The notes under the pieces: generated by a model
What the model was told of the DNA's origin: nothing
What the model saw: the letters and a program-made list of their open reading frames with translations, nothing else
Databases searched by the model: none
DNA from: Opitutales bacterium
Lineage (GTDB): Bacteria; Verrucomicrobiota; Verrucomicrobiia; Opitutales; PNEW01
Direction of reading: 5' to 3'
Assembly: GCA_965197745.1 (NCBI GenBank)
Contig: CBDANS010000007.1
Span: 1,088,001-1,152,000, forward strand
DNA: 64,000 nucleotides
Shown: positions 62,624 to 64,000 of the stretch, piece after piece
How positions within the stretch are numbered: position 1 is the first letter of the stretch
How the letters are laid out: each line of letters starts with the position of its first letter
Position numbers and translations under genes: made by a program

Positions 62624-63601
62624 ATGCATACGATCAAAGAAATTGAAGTTCCCATGCCCGAGGATCTGAAGGAGGAGTTAATCCATTTCTGGGAACAGAT
62701 ATTTGAAACTACCTATGATGGTTTTCATGGCATTTTCGATGCTGATGAAAAAGATGTTAACCACGATATCGTTTATTTGATAAGAAAAGAAAATAAACTC
62801 GGAGGCACATGCCATTTAACCCATTCTATACTTAATCCTGCATTAGGCGGTCTGGGCGAAGTAGCGACGACCCCGGAATTCACATCCATGGGAATTGCCG
62901 GTGCGGTTTGTAAAGCTGCCCGGGATGCGTTTCAAAATCATGGCGGAAAGGCAATTTTTCTGGGTACCGGTAACCCGGTTGCTGCTCGGGTATATTATCG
63001 CCTGGGATGGCGTAAACTTGCGGGAGCTACGGTCATGGCCTGTATTACCAATGGTGACTCCCCGGAAGATTTTCTCGTTGATTACTTCCGGAAAAGCGAA
63101 CCCGTAACGTTTACACCGGCATCCCCCTCTGATCGCGTTTCAATGATACCCCTAATTATCACCCCGCATAATTGGCAGGTATTGGATGCTAACACGGATA
63201 TTTACTCAACACGCTATCGGGAGCAGAATTCATGCATGAGCCTTTACCCTCGATACGAAGCCCTTCTTCAGGAGGGGCGTGGAACCTGGTTTGGGGCTCG
63301 AAGTGTCAGCGGTAATCTTACCGGCTTATCAACGGCACGATTTAATAATGATGATAGCCAGTGCCAGGTGGACGGATTTACCCACTATCATTTTATCGAT
63401 GCATGGAAAGATTTGATGTTAAAGTCTGTAAAATGGGGTTTTTCCGAGGGAGCTTCTTCCTGTATTGCTACAGTATCAGCTGAAGACACCGAGAAAAAAT
63501 CGCTTTTTGCTTCCCTTGGTTTCAGTGAAACCGGAAGGGGTGAGGATTTTGATATAGGGGGCCGCGCCGTTTCTTCTATCCGCATGGAAAAGCGTGGATA
63601 A
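62624..63601 (+). CDS. GNAT-family protein (probably tandem GNAT folds)
   Basis: LGEVATTPEF..GIA, AARVYYRLGW, LFASLGF. Confidence 0.75.
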   Translation: MHTIKEIEVPMPEDLKEELIHFWEQIFETTYDGFHGIFDADEKDVNHDIVYLIRKENKLGGTCHLTHSILNPALGGLGEVATTPEFTSMGIAGAVCKAARDAFQNHGGKAIFLGTGNPVAARVYYRLGWRKLAGATVMACITNGDSPEDFLVDYFRKSEPVTFTPASPSDRVSMIPLIITPHNWQVLDANTDIYSTRYREQNSCMSLYPRYEALLQEGRGTWFGARSVSGNLTGLSTARFNNDDSQCQVDGFTHYHFIDAWKDLMLKSVKWGFSEGASSCIATVSAEDTEKKSLFASLGFSETGRGEDFDIGGRAVSSIRMEKRG

Positions 63602-63605
63602 GGTT

Positions 63606-63983
63606 ATGCGAACATGCGTATACGCGATGATGCGATAAAGCGGAAATCAATGAGCAAATCCAGTATCCTGATGCCTTCTGTCATTGCGAGGACCCCGCAA
63701 ATGCGGTAGCCGCGGCTACCGGGCAAATGTCTGTTGTGTTTTGTAGGTCCTTTGTTGTTAGAGTTTACTCTCAAATGGACGGATGTCTTGATTCAAGAGA
63801 CGAATCCTCATTGGAAAGACTTGAATGGTGACTGGTAATCGCAGGTACAATGACTATTTACCTGGAATGGAAGATGTCGCTGCGCTCGGTAGCCGCGATC
63901 GGCTAATAGCCACCTCGCAATGACCAAGGGATGCAGAATCGGCTAATTAATTTCCGCATCATCACATATACGCATGTTCGCAT
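63606..63983. repeat. Nested palindromic element: 29-bp outer IR enclosing a GTCATTGCGAGG..CCTCGCAATGAC element
   Basis: 63606-63634 versus 63955-63983 (27/29); inner IR 63680-63691 / 63913-63924. Confidence 0.7.
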
Positions 63984-64000
63984 TTCCGCATCATCACTTA

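Overview
This is bacterial chromosomal DNA, most consistent with a Verrucomicrobiota/Opitutales-like marine organism (inference from the PEP-CTERM protein, pilin-like cluster, Opitutae-style secreted protein and PhyH expansion). At the left edge is the 5' part of a tyrosine recombinase, followed by hemG-hemE-hemF, ybaB-recR and tRNA-Gly(CCC). A ~26 kb accessory island runs from about 6.7 to 32.5 kb. Its most striking property is a family of about 14 full or partial co-oriented, bipartite double-hairpin repeats (TTCTC..GAGAG-CGTTTT..GGGGTAT-N6-9-ATACCCC). These sit between single-gene units of either orientation, like a cassette array, but they are not attC, CRISPR or IS ends. The island also holds two attI-like integron units with one cassette each, an IS3 and an IS4 (both with target duplications), three copies of a TM-TPR receptor-like gene, a diverged recR fragment, and a truncated tRNA-Pro with an inverted att-like copy. 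The right half is mostly housekeeping and metabolic: arsS-arsM-PiT, pilin-like genes, msrA, pdxJ, thpR, dgcN-dgcA, tRNA-Ala and amtB-glnK. All calls come from reading the sequence by eye; no database searches were run.
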